A DNA stretch of 61,883 nucleotides, filler included, from Choristocarpus tenellus KU-1152 (taxonomy: Eukaryota > Protista > Phaeophyceae): the NCBI GenBank assembly GCA_964200185.2. It is 10 parts of 10 records of this genome, joined end to end, with 100 filler letters (N's around TTAATTAATTAA, not from the genome) between each part and the next. Parts side by side here need not be neighbours in the genome. Positions count along the whole stretch, not along the records: positions 34,046 to 38,461 come from CAXNAD020014660.1; positions 38,562 to 49,374 come from CAXNAD020002696.1; positions 49,475 to 56,269 come from CAXNAD020007332.1; 7 more parts are not named here. One strand, 5' to 3'. Positions 36,370 through 49,820 of the stretch are shown here, piece after piece. Position numbers and translations under genes: made by a program. Under the pieces are notes generated by a model. It made no database searches, was not told the DNA's origin, and saw only the letters and a program-made list of their open reading frames with translations. Every line of letters starts with the position of its first letter. Position 1 is the first letter of the stretch.

Positions 36370-38184
36370 ATGGGTGGCATGAGAGGAGCTTCGCATAAGA
36401 GGGTAGAATTGGCGATGAAGCTCCCACAACTGCAGGTGTGCAACTTGTTGTTGACAGTGAAGTGGATGCGATGATGCCCCCAGCAACACTACCCAACTTA
36501 TATGGGCACAATCGCAATATTCACGATGGGAATAATAGTTGACAGGTCTGTCTAATTTCTAATATAGTATGTGGGGGTGGGGGTGTTTCCTCCAGCAAAA
36601 ATTATTGCCAACTTGCTGGTGACACGTCTTTGAAGCCGAGGTGAGCATCGAGGTACAAAAGGGTTGTACCACGGATTGCATCCTAGGAGAAGGGTTGGTG
36701 TTGGGCATTGTCAGGTTGGCATGAATTTTGGATGATTATAACAAGCTGAAGTGGGATTTGGGGTCAACGAACTGGTCACTCAAGGGGATCTACAGCGATG
36801 TGAACCACCCTTGGCCTCTCTCCCTCTCTTCCCTGCCACCGCCCCTACTTGCCCTATCCTTGCACCAGAACCTGATTAAGCGGGACAGAGATGGCTACAA
36901 GGATGAATTCCTGCAGCAACACAGGAATTATTTGTCTGAATTGGAGATATTCAAGCTCAAGGTATTTATTTCGGGGTTTCATGGAATGGGATCCAGCAGT
37001 ACCACCTTGCGCCCTGAATGTGTTCGCTCTACCTTTGAGAAATGCATGCGATCTTGTAATCGCTGTGCTGTAGTCGGGACATACCAAACTCCACATCGAT
37101 TGAGGATAAGAGGTATCCCCTCCCAACACAGTAGTATCCAGAGATGGCTCAACTCTTGACCAACTCGTCACCTCTACGATCTTTACAGCCATCCAAGGAA
37201 AGCGATCGTTTTTCTGAACTCGTGACCTTCTTGAGCCACGTGGCACCGTGTTACAAGGAGGAGTGTGCAGACTTTGCTCCCCAGCTTAAGGACTTGCTGG
37301 AACAACATGCGGTGATCTTGGTGAGCTCCACCCCCCCAACCCCATGTCTACCCATCCTTTCCCTCGTCCCAACTGTCCTAACCTTCTTCATCTCTCTTCA
37401 CAACAGAATATGCAATGCGCAGAACAAACTGATTGGATGATGAAGGGGTTATTCTGGTAGAGGCGTGCTTGGAACGGTGGATACGTTAATATTAGAGATG
37501 GCAGGTTCAACCTCAGCACCTTCACCATTGTTACAAGCATGGCGGTCATATATATGTGACCTCTGACACATTCCATACAATCCTCGCCAATCCATTAGAG
37601 CATTTCGCTGATCTTGCGAGACTAGAAATCATGTAGCGGTCTCTGCAGTCACTGCGATGAAGCCGGGAAACTTCTGGGCTGGTCTTGTTCGGAAGGGACA
37701 AGTTTGGAGCAAGAACTCGCATCTTCCCCCCCTTAACCGGTAGCACTTTTTGTTTCCTATCCATCACATAACCCATCCTCCATCCCCAAGGCCAGGAAAA
37801 AACCCTGCAATTCTCTCGCATATTTATTGTGAGACAAGGTTTTGCAGTACTTCGTCGACCTCAGTGTTTTACTCTTCATATTTATTGTGAGACAAGGTGT
37901 TGCAGTACTTCATCGACCTCAGTGTTTCTAGATTTCTGGCTCACTGACTCGCTGGTTGGCGGGTGGTGGCTATGTGCATTCGCGCGGTGGCCTGGGGTAT
38001 TGTGCTTCTTCTTCCTTCGTTTTTTTTATTTCTTTTTCCTCCCGTGTCTGTCTGGTCTTTTTTTATTGTGCAGACGCCTTCTGTACGGATGAAGCTGGTG
38101 CAGGCGCTCATCCTACTTCGAAACAGGGGTATCATCGACCCTACAGAATTGCTCCGTCTGTTTTTTGGACTGTTCCGCTGCCAG
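36370..38184 (+). CDS. SDA1: SDA1/SDAD1 60S ribosome biogenesis factor, first four exons (truncated by contig end)
   Basis: Exons 36370-36435, 36869-36961, 37189-37320 and 38074-38184 are all phase 0, and the start context is gccactATGG. The spliced product ...KLPQLQ|NLIKRDRDGYKDEFLQQHRNYLSELEIFKLK|PSKESDRFSELVTFLSHVAPCY...|TPSVRMKLVQALILLRNRGIIDPTELLRLFFGLFRCQ is the conserved SDA1 N-terminus. Confidence 0.95.
37819..37928. repeat. Intronic tandem duplication, about 58 bp x 2
   Basis: CATATTTATTGTGAGACAAGGTKTTGCAGTACTTCRTCGACCTCAGTGTTT occurs twice. Confidence 0.9.
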
Positions 38185-38361
38185 GTGGGGCTGCCCCTCT
38201 TGCCACGTGAATAGAAGTGCTGAAAAATTTGACATGAAATCTTGTGGTGTCCATACTGGACAGGTCATGTATGTATCTTGCCTTGTCATTTTATGAGAAT
38301 ATGATTGCAGTTGGTGACTGCCAAGGCTCGGCACTTGTGTGAAATCAAATCTGCCCCTTCC

Positions 38362-38414
<53 letters not shown>

Positions 38415-38461
38415 CCCCTCTCCCCCCCTTCCCCTCCGATCCTCCGTAGATTATCTACCGG

Positions 38462-38561
38462 NNNNNNNNNNNNNNNNNNNNNNNNNNNNNNNNNNNNNNN
38501 NNNNNTTAATTAATTAANNNNNNNNNNNNNNNNNNNNNNNNNNNNNNNNNNNNNNNNNNNN
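38462..38561. other. Artificial contig linker
   Basis: N44-TTAATTAATTAA-N44. Confidence 0.99.
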
Positions 38562-41500
38562 CCCCAGATACTTTGACCCACCAGCGGTGTCCCCCTTCAC
38601 ACTCACCCCATCCAGACAAACTACACTGCCATAGATTTTTCCATAAAACTGATTATCAAATATTCATAATATCAAACATCTAGACGATGATTATATGTGT
38701 AGATGAATCTGGTACTCTCCCAAATGGAACCCACCAAAGAAGGTAGGAAAGATCTCAAGCTCAGCTGAGACGACATAATCTAAACACTACAAAATGGAAT
38801 ATGCATCACTTGTAGCTATCAACTGAAGCGAATCCGATGGATGTAACTATGGTCAGAGAGTGTCCCACGCATGCAGGAAGCTCAAGTCAAGTACGGAAGC
38901 ATGTGCAAGATACTTGACTCAGAGATTTGCACACCTTCGGACACAACATGTATTCTGGAGGTCTCTACCAATTTGTGTGAATGTGTGCATGCAAATACAT
39001 GCAAAAATGCAAACACTAATTCCCTTCAATGCTTCAACAGAACCAAAGCAACTGGTGTAGAGGCTATTCTCTAATTTGAAGTTGGGCTCAGTAGGGAGCA
39101 CGCAAAACTGGAAATCAGGTAGTTCACAATGGTAAGAAACAAAATGGGAAACAGTATAGGCTCTTCATTCTAAGTTGTGAGCAAATTTTTCGGGGGAAAA
39201 GATGACTCAAAAATAGTGAAAGAAGGTTGCCCTCAGCCTGCAACAAATACACAACCCTATGTTGAGAGCACGCCACTACAATTGCATGATAGATTGTAAG
39301 GATCATGTGGTTCGTGTTTAAATATTGAGCCAGTAGAAGAAACAACAACACATCAGGCGCAGAGTGCATTAAGACAAGGTATGTTACAGATAAAAGCAAA
39401 CAATGCCCGGCAAAAGTTATTCGTTTGAGGGGTTCACTGACATGATAAGCTCTGTAGAGGAATTTGCCCAGGTTTTCAGCCTGTGCCGTGCTTCCATCTG
39501 TATCAGTCTCATACAGATTTCCATCATCATTTTGCTGCGGGGTACCGAAGAAGAAAACTGCCCAAAGTGACCAAGTCAGGTTGTTGAAAACACCACAACA
39601 TCATGATTGTTTCACACACCAAGGATATGGCATGTGGGTTGTGGGCGGACGGTCTTAGAGAGTAAGGGTTTGAAGAGTTTGTGGATGACTGAATCTCTTA
39701 CGAGGATGCCTTACAGCAAAAAATATGGCCACACACATGACAGGGCTTGTGTACATCTTCCTCAGGTATGCAAATAGTGTTGAACTAGGTTTCCCAATTC
39801 TGGATTGAGAATGCACTTGCTTTTTATATTGTTTTTGAACGTAATGATGACACCATTCAGGTAAACGACGAGTGCAACAACAGAGTAGAGCAATGGAGCA
39901 CCCCCTCATTTGGATCTGTGCTTGATCACACACATAAACACGCACAATCATATCACCTTGCAAACAATTAGACTCACAAGACCTACCTATATTACCATAC
40001 ACATCATGCTATGTCATCTCTTCTTGATACCATTTGTTCAAAATTCTTGAATTTATTCTGTCTTGTACATGAGCTGAGGTGGGAAATAAAACAGATTATT
40101 GCATACCATGAATTGAGAGAAATACATGCAAGGTCAACGTGGATCATAGGCCCAGAGTTTGACGACCTAAGTGTCACAGTGTCTCACACCCGACTTACAT
40201 ACTGTCATAGGTGTTAGCCACAAACACGAGCACACCCCAAATGGTTAAAGACTCTTTGTGTTGACACAAATACCGCAGTGTACTGCACCTGAGGTTAGAG
40301 CTCTAGCATCAGAGTTGACATCACCATCAACAATCCCAAATGTTGCATCCACATTTTCACTGCCAGAAGAAGAAAATATTCATCAGGTCAGAAATTAGTT
40401 GTAGGGGATAACAAATAATAGCCTGTCCAAGTTATGCTTTGGTGCTTGAGTAACATGATTTATTGCAGGTTGCATGGAAGGAAGTTAGGACATATTTCTC
40501 GTATGCACTAGGCTGTACTGCAAGCAGTTCTGGACCTATACAGTCTTTATAGTGGATCATACCAAATAGTTAGAATCTGCTGCCCCACATGATCTGGTAG
40601 TATTCTCGCAATAGTTGAATGTACAGAAGTAGTCCATGACCTCAAAAAGCACTCCTCAATAATAATACATTCAAATATCGCACCTAAATCTAACCCCTAC
40701 TCATAATCTCTTATTCACAAGAGATTCTGGTGCCGATTCAAAATTGCACCAGAAGTGCTTTACCAACAGTGATCAAGACAAAAAAAATCATATTATGTAA
40801 ACATATTTCGCAGTACCATTGAAACAGATGAAACATTAACGAGAACAACAATGATATTTTCGAACAAAAAGAAAGATGAAAGGTAATGACAGCAAAATTA
40901 TTGAAGAACAAGGTTAAATTACGGTGGGTTGACCTGTGTCTTCAAAGTATCTCAAGACTGGGGGGCTATTACAGAAGATAGAGTAGGATTTCACACAGCT
41001 TTCAAACTTTATATATGGCTAATAGTTATGCGACTGCCTACCGAAGTGGAACAGTGGTATCTCAAATTTTGACAGTTTTGTATTAAGTTAAGGACTTAGC
41101 CCCCTTTTTGTGTGTTTTTGCCTGAACGTTATGGGTAGAACCATTCCCATGTATGTTGTGGAATGACTGTTATAAACATGGTATTTGAACTATTTGTCAA
41201 GAAAGTATTGTCTCAACTGTTATGTGCACATCATAACTTTGCATCTTCATGTACCACAGTTTATGCCACAATACAATCATAACACACAGACATAGTGCTA
41301 TATGTGTAGTGCGCGGTGGGCGTTTTACGTGTATTGTTTTTTTAATTTTAAGGTTGGGGATGCTGGAGATCAGCAGCCTAGGAGAGCACATACGAGCTAC
41401 TATCACATATCATGCCTTTTGGAAATTGAAAAAGAGCACCAAAGAGACACTACCGAGTCTTTCGATACGAAAACGAGGGTCAGCCAGACGACAGAGGGGC

Positions 41501-42174
41501 ATGGTGTTGTAAGTTTTTGTTCCCAGCTATGACAAGGACAGCAGACCAGACACCTGTGTCCTATAGATATTGAGGGGGCATTACCTTTTGCTCAGAAGCA
41601 GTATCAAGACTGCATGCAGCTCCATCATTTCAGTCATCCCAAATTGAAGTTCAGTGTAATCGATTGATACTGACTGTGGAAAGTTATAACCAGTTGTACC
41701 TAACATCTTCAAGGGCTATCGCTTCTCTTGTGCCTTGAGGTGACTTCGTGATGTTCAAGGTGATAGCTAAGAATTATATCATTCCCATTCACTGGGAAAA
41801 GACTGGGATGTGCAAGTGGAAGAATATCAACAGCAAGAGGTGTCACCTCTGATTCACCATCGCTACTACTCCAGAGTACTCGGCAAACATTACTTACAGA
41901 ACGGACACTGCAATGGACTCCTCCACCAACATTAAGCGGAACACTACTTCAACCATGACGAAAATCCTCAGGCGAAAGCCCAATATCAATGGATGTGAAG
42001 ACTTGACAGTATAAGTCGACATTAGTGAAGTGATTGCTCATCTTCCTCTTCCTTTTCTCTTCTCCTTACTACTGCCATGGACAGTCTGCTCAACCCTTTC
42101 TTGATGTATGTGCAGCAGTCTCAAATGCCCGAGTATGGGAGCAAATGACATCAGGATGCTGCACATCAACATCA

Positions 42175-42413
42175 GAGTGAAAGTATATGGGAGGGTATGA
42201 GTTTTTCCCTGTTTGTCCATTTGGGACTTTTTTACATTGTCCTACTCCAAAAGATTTCGGAGTAGGTAAAATACGTACGTTATGAAAGGTGTGTCTGGAA
42301 CAAGGATATTGACACTTCCTCACGAACACGATAGCCAAAATTACATCAAAATTGCAACATTGAATTTTGACCCCCAAATGGACGCGGCCCTACACTCTAA
42401 GATATTTTTGCTC
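42175..42413. mobile_element. MITE family A with a small internal deletion, 4-bp TSD ATCA
   Basis: atca|GAGTGAAAGTATATGGGAGGGTA ... CTCTAAGATATTTTTGCTC|atca. Confidence 0.88.
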
Positions 42414-43100
42414 ATCATGGCACATGCACTGAAGTAGCAGCAGTTGCCAGTGGGGTCTGACTTTATATATACTTTGAAGTAACAGTTTAATTTATGCCCC
42501 ATTTTCAACAATAGTAGCTTCAACATACAAGTGACAACTTCATTATTCAAGCTTATGCCACAGTACCTCTTTGATATTGATGTGTTTCAGCATATGCTGT
42601 TAAAGATAGTTTTGTGTTGCACCATCATGATAATTCAACAGCACTCAACAGTGTAATTTACATACACGGAGTAGTATTTGCTTCAACACACAATATATCG
42701 GTAGTATACTATCAACAATTTGGAGCATGTTGAGTAGTGGTATTCCCCAACATTATGTTGTCAAATATCTTTACGCCAAAAATAACAGTTTGATTTAAGT
42801 CGTAGTCGTAGGATCTACCACATTGAAATTGCAGCACAAGTAATGTTTTGGAGTAGAGTGATACATATCAGCATAACACATGATGGCAATGTGTTTGCTT
42901 AGAAAGACTTGGAAATATAATTTCATTGAGCTTGTGCTGTGCAAGGTTTGTTGACCCATGCTATTGTTTGTTCCATTCCTCTTCTGTTTTTCGTTGCACG
43001 GTGAACAAGACCAAATCGAAAGGGTTGTAGTTATTGGATTAAGAATATTCTTTGAACACAAGAAAAAGTACTGGACACATAATTATATTTAGTCTGACAC

Positions 43101-46100
43101 CTACGATCAACACTTTCATTAATTTATTATCCAGTGAACGTGTGACCAAACCTAAAAAACAGTTGACCTTGTAGTATCCACAATTTGAATTTGAAGGGAA
43201 TTGTTTTGGTAGCCGTAAGAATAATGATATCAAAGTATGTCAATCATTTTAGTTTTGTTGCCAAAATAGTTTTGATGATATCTGTAGACAATGCAATCAC
43301 CGTGGTCTGCTGCTACAAGTGCTCTCCCCTTAGTAGGTTTGCGGTATACGCTTGTATAGAGTCAAAATAACCAGGGTTGCATTTTAATGATGCTGACAAT
43401 TATGTGCAGGATATTTTCTAAATTGTGTCCGAAAAGCTTCAAAAAACTGAGAAACAAATACTCTGAAGTCAAACTTAGGGAACTATCTGTAGAAATATGG
43501 GAGAACTGCAATAGATTGAAAAACAGAGTTACAATGCAAATTTGACCAAAGTATGGGTACCTCTCGTTTGCTTTGGTTCATAGCTTGATTATTTTATTGA
43601 GAGTGAGCCTAAGCGGTTTCAGATCTGACAAGCTCAAGAAAAAAACCCAATACCAATGCCAATATCATATGTATGATAAACTAACCTGGTTCTACAGGTC
43701 GATGGTATGAGAGAGCTGTTTGCAGACTCTTTGACTATTAAAACGTAATACTTTTGTGGTTGAGATTTAATTTTCATCTGACCCGGTCCATTAAAAAAAC
43801 GTTAACAAGGGAGTTGTTCTAACACTAGAATGGGAAGAGTATGTTCCACTGATTGAACTGCACCTACTTTGAACAGAATAAATCGATATATTTGTAAGAC
43901 CTTTGGTTGCAATTATTTTAGATACATACATGATCAGACATGGAAACAGGTCTCTACATTCAACATCTATTTGTCTTGAGTATTGAAAGAAGAAATGCTT
44001 GTATTGACATCCAATTAATTACTTTAAAGTAGAAACAAATTTATTACAAAGAGAATATTACCACCTTGTGCCTGCTTACAACCTGTTTCGACACAAGGGC
44101 TTGGGTTTTATTGAATATTGTAGGTCTACGGAACTTCTAAGAATGCGAGCATCAGAAATATTTTGGAGGAGAGGAGAAAGACAACACCTTCCATCAACAA
44201 ATCTGCTGACTTGCTGTGTACTATTTTGAATATTGAATAATGCTCACATCATCGGACTGGCTCTTGTAAAATTGCTCCCCAGGAAGGTCATGGCATATGG
44301 ACTGCTATCAATGTTTGCCACCACCGGGCAAGCAGTGTTGGGGGAGCAGTAGCCCGCCCAGTACTGTTATGCGATAGAAGAGTGTATTACGCACAGATGA
44401 AGAAAGGGGAGACCATCAATTCGTTGACCACAATTCTTTCCTAGATTCGTTTGGGAGTGGACGAATGGAAGCAGATAAGTAGGCTGCCACTGAGCAAGAA
44501 GGACCGATGGGCTTCCAGAAAACCTTTAGTCCCCAATCATTTCAATATAATATATCTTGGCGTCGTTTTTTTTTTATTTTTTATGCAGGGTGCTGAATTG
44601 AAAAATTGAGAAATGATGCATGTTGTAGTATGTTTGTTGGGCGATATTGCTATTGAGCAAGTTGATGATAAGTGGAGTGTATGCACCTCACTGGTCCAAT
44701 TTGATATTGCTTCCCGTCTGTTGCTGCAAACCTTACCTTCAGGTATAAATACGTGTTCCACACACCCTCAACATTTTTTCTATATTCTGTGCCACGAGTT
44801 GAGGACTAGCAATTGTACAATAGGGGATTTAGGCAAGCAGTACGTACATTTTATATATTCAGCTTGCGTTCCAGAAGCAATCAGACACAGCGCACATTTG
44901 CATTGAAGTGACCTGAGTTAGGGCTAGGTTTAAGGTAAGGTTTGAGCTAGGGATCAGATTTCGTTTAGGTTAATGGTCAGGGTCAGAGGATAAGGGTAGG
45001 CCTAGGGGTAGGTTTGGGGTCAAGGTCAGGGGTATTAGGATTAGGTATAGAATCAGTGTCAGGCTAAGGTTTTGATGGAGGTTTGAGGTAGGATATTGGA
45101 TCAGCGTTCATGTTTTTGCGGGGCTTAATTAGAGTTTAGATTAAGGAATGGATTACATTTGAGGTACTTGATCGGATTTCACTTAGGGTAAGACAGTTTC
45201 CCTTTCATTGATATTGGAACAAATATTCTTATAGTATAGTGTGGAGGCAGCTGTCATTTATTTTTCCTACACTCAAAACAGTTTTGTCAAAATATCATTA
45301 GCCTGAAATTAGGTGTATATTTCCCTCCTATCCAAGGCGTTAGCAACCCTTAACCTCAGCACCTCATAATATGGATCTACATATGGTGGATTGTCACAGC
45401 CTCCCACTACATAGCAGTGCACAAGATTCCTAAACCAGAGAGTCAAAGTATCCTAAAGGGTAGAGGTGCGTCCGTTTGGGTGCCAAAATCCAATTGTGCG
45501 ATTTTGATAAAATTTTGGGTACAGTGTTTGTTAGGAAGTGTCAATATCCTTGTTCCGAACACATCTATTGATAACATACACACTTTACCTACTCCTAAAC
45601 ATTTGTAGTGGGAAAATGCCATAATAGAACCCATGGCAAGCCAAGCCCCAAATAGACAAACAGGGAAAAATTCGTACCCACTAAGATACTTTCACTCAGA
45701 GTAACTTATGAGGGACAACAAGGGGAGGAGAGGATTAAGGAGAGTGCAAGGAAATAGTTTCTCTTACAGCAGTGATGGTTTCCACATTGTTCTGGGAAAG
45801 ATCCACAGTGCTCACGGCCGAGGAGTTGTACGGATTGGCTGTGCAGAAACTCGAAAAGAGAATTTGCATCCCAGATACAGAAACACAGATATTTCAAAAA
45901 ATGGATTGGACATACAGGTATGATGAGAGAGCTAATTCAGGCTTTGGGTTGTATAACTGTTGAACGTATTTTATACTGGCGTCATGGAATATGTCAAGAT
46001 TTCGTTTTCAATTGTCAATACAGCAAATACAACTAGTGTTTATTTTCTCCTTCTTGTGAGCAGAGGATAGATTGGGGGTGACAAGGGTGATAGAACTCAT

Positions 46101-48597
46101 CAAACTGGACGAGATGAGATGAGAGGGGAGGGGTGGAAAAGGGATTTATGGTGTTGGAAGGTAAGAAAATTGAAATTTAGGCAAATATCTCCAAGCAATA
46201 TAAGAGGATAGGCAGAGACAAAGTAATCAACACAAGACAGTACAAGCATTTGGGGGGCTTGGTGGTGGTAGGTGGGAAATGCTATTCGTGGTGTTTGTTC
46301 ACTGACCGAAGGGGTAATACTTGTCCACTTTGTCAGTAGCGATTGAGGAGCCATTAATGATGTAGTGGGCATTCAATGCAGAGGGCACTGTTGGGTCTGG
46401 CGGGGGACTGGTTGCAGGGAGCCACCAAGCTATAGCGTTCCATGAGTGGAAGTAGTGCACATGCACCGAATAAGCATTCAAGCAGAAAGAGCGAGAGAGA
46501 GAGAGAGAGAGAGACCGAGATAATAGTACACCATGAGCAAAGGACAGGACAGTAAGATGGGTCGCATGTTAGAGAACAGTTGACTATTTTATGAAGGGAA
46601 AAATGACATTTGTGACTTGTCCAGTAAATCAATGAGTCAGAGTATCTTGGAGGGTAGAGCCGCGTCCATTTGAGGCCCAAAATCCAATATTTCAATTTTG
46701 ATATAATTTTGGCTATAGTGTTTGTTAGGAAGTGTCAATATTCTTGTTCTGGACACACCTTTTCATAATGTATAAATTTTAGCTAAATGTTTCGGAGTAG
46801 ATAAAATGTCATAAAAACTCGTGGGAAGCCCAGCCCCAAACGGACAAACAAGGCAAAACTCGTACTCTCTAAGATACTATCACTCAATCACTGTAATAGG
46901 AGTATATAAAATGCATTGTGTATATCCCACTTTGAGTGTCATCCAGTGCTAAACCTAACCCTATATATGTTTTATGTAGGGAGGAGCCAAGGGGGTGGGG
47001 AAGTGAATACTGGTTATAGAACTGGAAGATTACATCTCGTAATTCAAAACAATAGAAAATATGTACGGATAAAGTATAAAAAGATGATATGGAAATTTAG
47101 CTGATAGACAGGAAAGAAAGTCAAAGGCTATGAATATACATGGTGAGTAAAAGTATCATAGAGGGTAAGAATTTTTCCCTGTTTGTCCATTTGGGGCTTG
47201 ACTTCCCACGGCGTATTATTATGACATTTTCCGACTCCAAAATGTTTCAGAGCAGGAAAAATGTGTAAGCAATGAAAAGGTGTGTCCGGAACAAGGGTAT
47301 TGACACTTCTCAACAAACACGATGGCCAAAATTACATTAATATCATAACATTGTATTTTGAACTCAAATGGACGAGGCCTTACCCTTTAAGATTCTTTTG
47401 CTCTAGTACAAGTACTACACTTATACTTCTTGGAAATCTAAGAAGTGATTTATCAAAATGATGCAAATGATTGTATCCAAAGAATGATACGCGATTCACA
47501 TCATGTGCATAACCAAGAAAAAATGCTCAATATTTATAGAATTGAAAAGATAGAATAGTTTTGAAGCACTACATTCTCTTGTACTACTGTACAACTTCGA
47601 AGGAGACCTCAAAAACTGGACTCAAAATGCCTGGAGGTGAAAACGTGTATGCTTGGCCGTATTCTTACAATATTTCTAAATTTCTGCCTTCCACAAAGGC
47701 AAAGCTTGCGATGAATAGACCTTAAATCAGAACACCACTATGCAAAAGTATAACAATGTTTGTCTATATTTTTCCCTAGTGCTCACATATCCAAATTCTG
47801 GGAGGTCTTTCAAGATTAAGTATTGTATTTCCCGTTTAAATATAACAAAAGACAATAAAACTTAACCCACTTGGTGTGAAATACTTTCCCAATCCAAATT
47901 CAATAGATGCCTTCAATATACACATCGAAATCATTCCAGAAATAAAAGAAATGACCTGAGTGTGTTCTCTGGTTCTCTTCAAATTCTGTACCACAAGAGT
48001 CATTGTGTGACCAGATCTTAATAATATTCAAAGCACAGGAGTATTTTTTGGACATGAATACCTCAGAATGCAGTTCTCTTATATTATCAGCTTTGTAAAC
48101 AAATGCTATGCCATACGCAAAGGTCATAGAGTTAGGACACACTTTGTAACAAAAAACAGTATGATAATACACTTCATGAAGTTAGTGCTCTCCTTGTTAG
48201 TTGTTATTGTGAGTATCTCCACCTAATTTACAGCTAATAAATCAATGCACGTTGTACTATCACCTTTCACATTGTCATGTCACAGAGAGTGACAAAAATA
48301 CAACCCTGAATGAAAAACAGTATAAAATATTAAAATGTCTCCGTTTGTGCGTTGGGTTACATCTGCTTTTACTGGGTTGCCTCCTGAAGTAGCATGGCAG
48401 TCTTTGATACGCATGCTTGTATGAAACAAGAAAAATACTTGATGTACTTGACACGAGCTGTCCCCTTCCATTATCTCAATGTGACCTCCCCAAAAAAACC
48501 CTCTCCAACCTCACCCGGGTCAAAGAAGAACAGTGGGGAAGACTGACGGATGCAGACTGGATCTTCCTCATCAAATTCGTAGTTGAGGGTGCAAAAT
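43101..48597 (-). CDS. Putative multi-exon gene of unknown function (partial)
   Basis: Phase-compatible AG/GT exons 48597-48515, 48090-47956, 46387-46307, 44786-44737, 44136-44080, 43734-43686 and 43151 to about 43101 give FCTLNYEFDEEDPVCIRQSSPLFFFDPADNIRELHSEVFMSKKYSCALNIIKIWSH...HYIINGSSIATDKVDKYYPFEYRKNVEGVWNTYLYLKKFRRPTIFNKTQALVSKQV... No family was recognised. Confidence 0.5.
43359..43579. mobile_element. MITE family C, full copy, TSD ATA
   Basis: ata|GAGTCAAAATAACC ... GGGTACCTCTCGTTTGCTTTGGTTC|ata. Confidence 0.75.
44914..45150 (+). repeat. Degenerate TTAGGG-like hexamer tract
   Basis: Run of TTAGGG/CTAGGT/TAAGGT/TCAGGG/TTAGGA variants in 6-bp register. Confidence 0.6.
45440..45697. 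mobile_element. MITE family A, full copy, TSD AGA
   Basis: aga|GAGTCAAAGTATCCTAAAGGGTA ... CTAAGATACTTTCACTC|aga. Confidence 0.92.
46634..46885. mobile_element. MITE family A, full copy, TSD AAT
   Basis: aat|GAGTCAGAGTATCTTGGAGGGTA ... CTCTAAGATACTATCACTC|aat. Confidence 0.92.
47145..47403. mobile_element. MITE family A, full copy (flanks TGGT/TAGT)
   Basis: GAGTAAAAGTATCATAGAGGGTA ... TACCCTTTAAGATTCTTTTGCTC. Confidence 0.88.
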
Positions 48598-49145
48598 CTG
48601 GTGTAAGCTGCGGCTGCAACAATGCTTTCCTCCAATGCTTGTTTTACAACAAAATATATTACAAGAGACAAAGCAATAAATAAAACACACCATCGCGTGT
48701 TAGAGAAGCTTGGTTTAAAGTGTAGTTGGATCGAGATTGTAATTGAAAATTGTTGGATTGAAATCACTGATACCATTATCATCATTCTTCGTGGTGTTGT
48801 CATAATACTGTCAACTGGAAACACCTGGGATTTGGGGTGAATCAACCCAGAATATTGTGACTAATTCATTACTATGGAGTTTACCCACCTGAAGTCTAGG
48901 ATCAAATGCACAGACCTGTGGAAGTGATTGGGAGAATGCTTGGGAATGTTTTTTAAAACAAACTATGCTGCTACACCCTAGGTTTAGCGTGTATGGAAGA
49001 GACCGCTGTATTTACTCAATGGTCAACGAAAAAAGCGCAGAAATAGAAAATGCACAACATATCATGAAAGGAAAACGGGAAGCATGTGCAAGAACTTGAT
49101 TTCTTTGAAGCAATTCATAGTCAAAATATTGCCCACCTCCCGAAT

Positions 49146-49176
<31 letters not shown>

Positions 49177-49205
49177 ATTTACAAGATTATGGGTTTGTGC
49201 ATATA

Positions 49206-49374
49206 GAGCCAAAGTGTCTTAGAGGGTAGACCCGCGTCCATTTGGGGGCAAAATCCAATGTTGCGATTTTGATATAATTTTGGCTGTCATGTTTGTTAGG
49301 AAGTGTCAATATCGAGCCAAAGTATCTGAGAGGGTAGAGCCGCGTCCATTTGGGGGTCAAAATCCAATGTTGCG
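49206..49374. mobile_element. Two family A starts; the second (49314) begins inside the first
   Basis: GAGCCAAAGTGTCTTAGAGGGTAG at 49206 and GAGCCAAAGTATCTGAGAGGGTAG at 49314, both in the same orientation. Confidence 0.85.
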
Positions 49375-49474
49375 NNNNNNNNNNNNNNNNNNNNNNNNNN
49401 NNNNNNNNNNNNNNNNNNTTAATTAATTAANNNNNNNNNNNNNNNNNNNNNNNNNNNNNNNNNNNNNNNNNNNN
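49375..49474. other. Artificial contig linker
   Basis: N44-TTAATTAATTAA-N44. Confidence 0.99.
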
Positions 49475-49574
49475 TATGTTGGACCAAATTGACACTCTGG
49501 TGTAGACCCCCCCCCCCCAGATACTTTGAGTCTTTTGTATGGTCAACTGTGGTTATGTCAGCTTCTTTAGCATG

Positions 49575-49820
49575 TCAAAGGTTCATGAATCGAAAGGCTC
49601 CATTCTCCATGGAACTGTTCCACCTGTTAGGATCTGCTGCAAGTAAACCCCAATCGTCATCTGGGATCCTGACACATTTCAAGGTCATATTGGAAGCATC
49701 ACAGCGTACTCTCCTTTGATCCTCCATCATCCCCTTCGGTTTATCAGCTGTAAGTTTCCCCAGACAATGTGAAGTTATTGGGCAAGCACGTATTGAGTTT
49801 ATGCGTACCGTGAAAATCAC
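49575..49820 (-). mobile_element. Non-LTR retrotransposon (RTE-like) ORF C-terminal remnant
   Basis: ...KCVRIPDDDWGLLAADPNRWNSSMENGAFRFM matches the WxxxAxDRxxWxxxVxxGxxxF tail of RTE-clade LINE ORFs. Confidence 0.6.

Noticed and set aside
45708-45963. Plus-strand exon candidate (two open frames ending CAG|GTATGA)
   Set aside because: It is isolated, unrecognised, and antisense within an intron of the better-supported minus-strand model.
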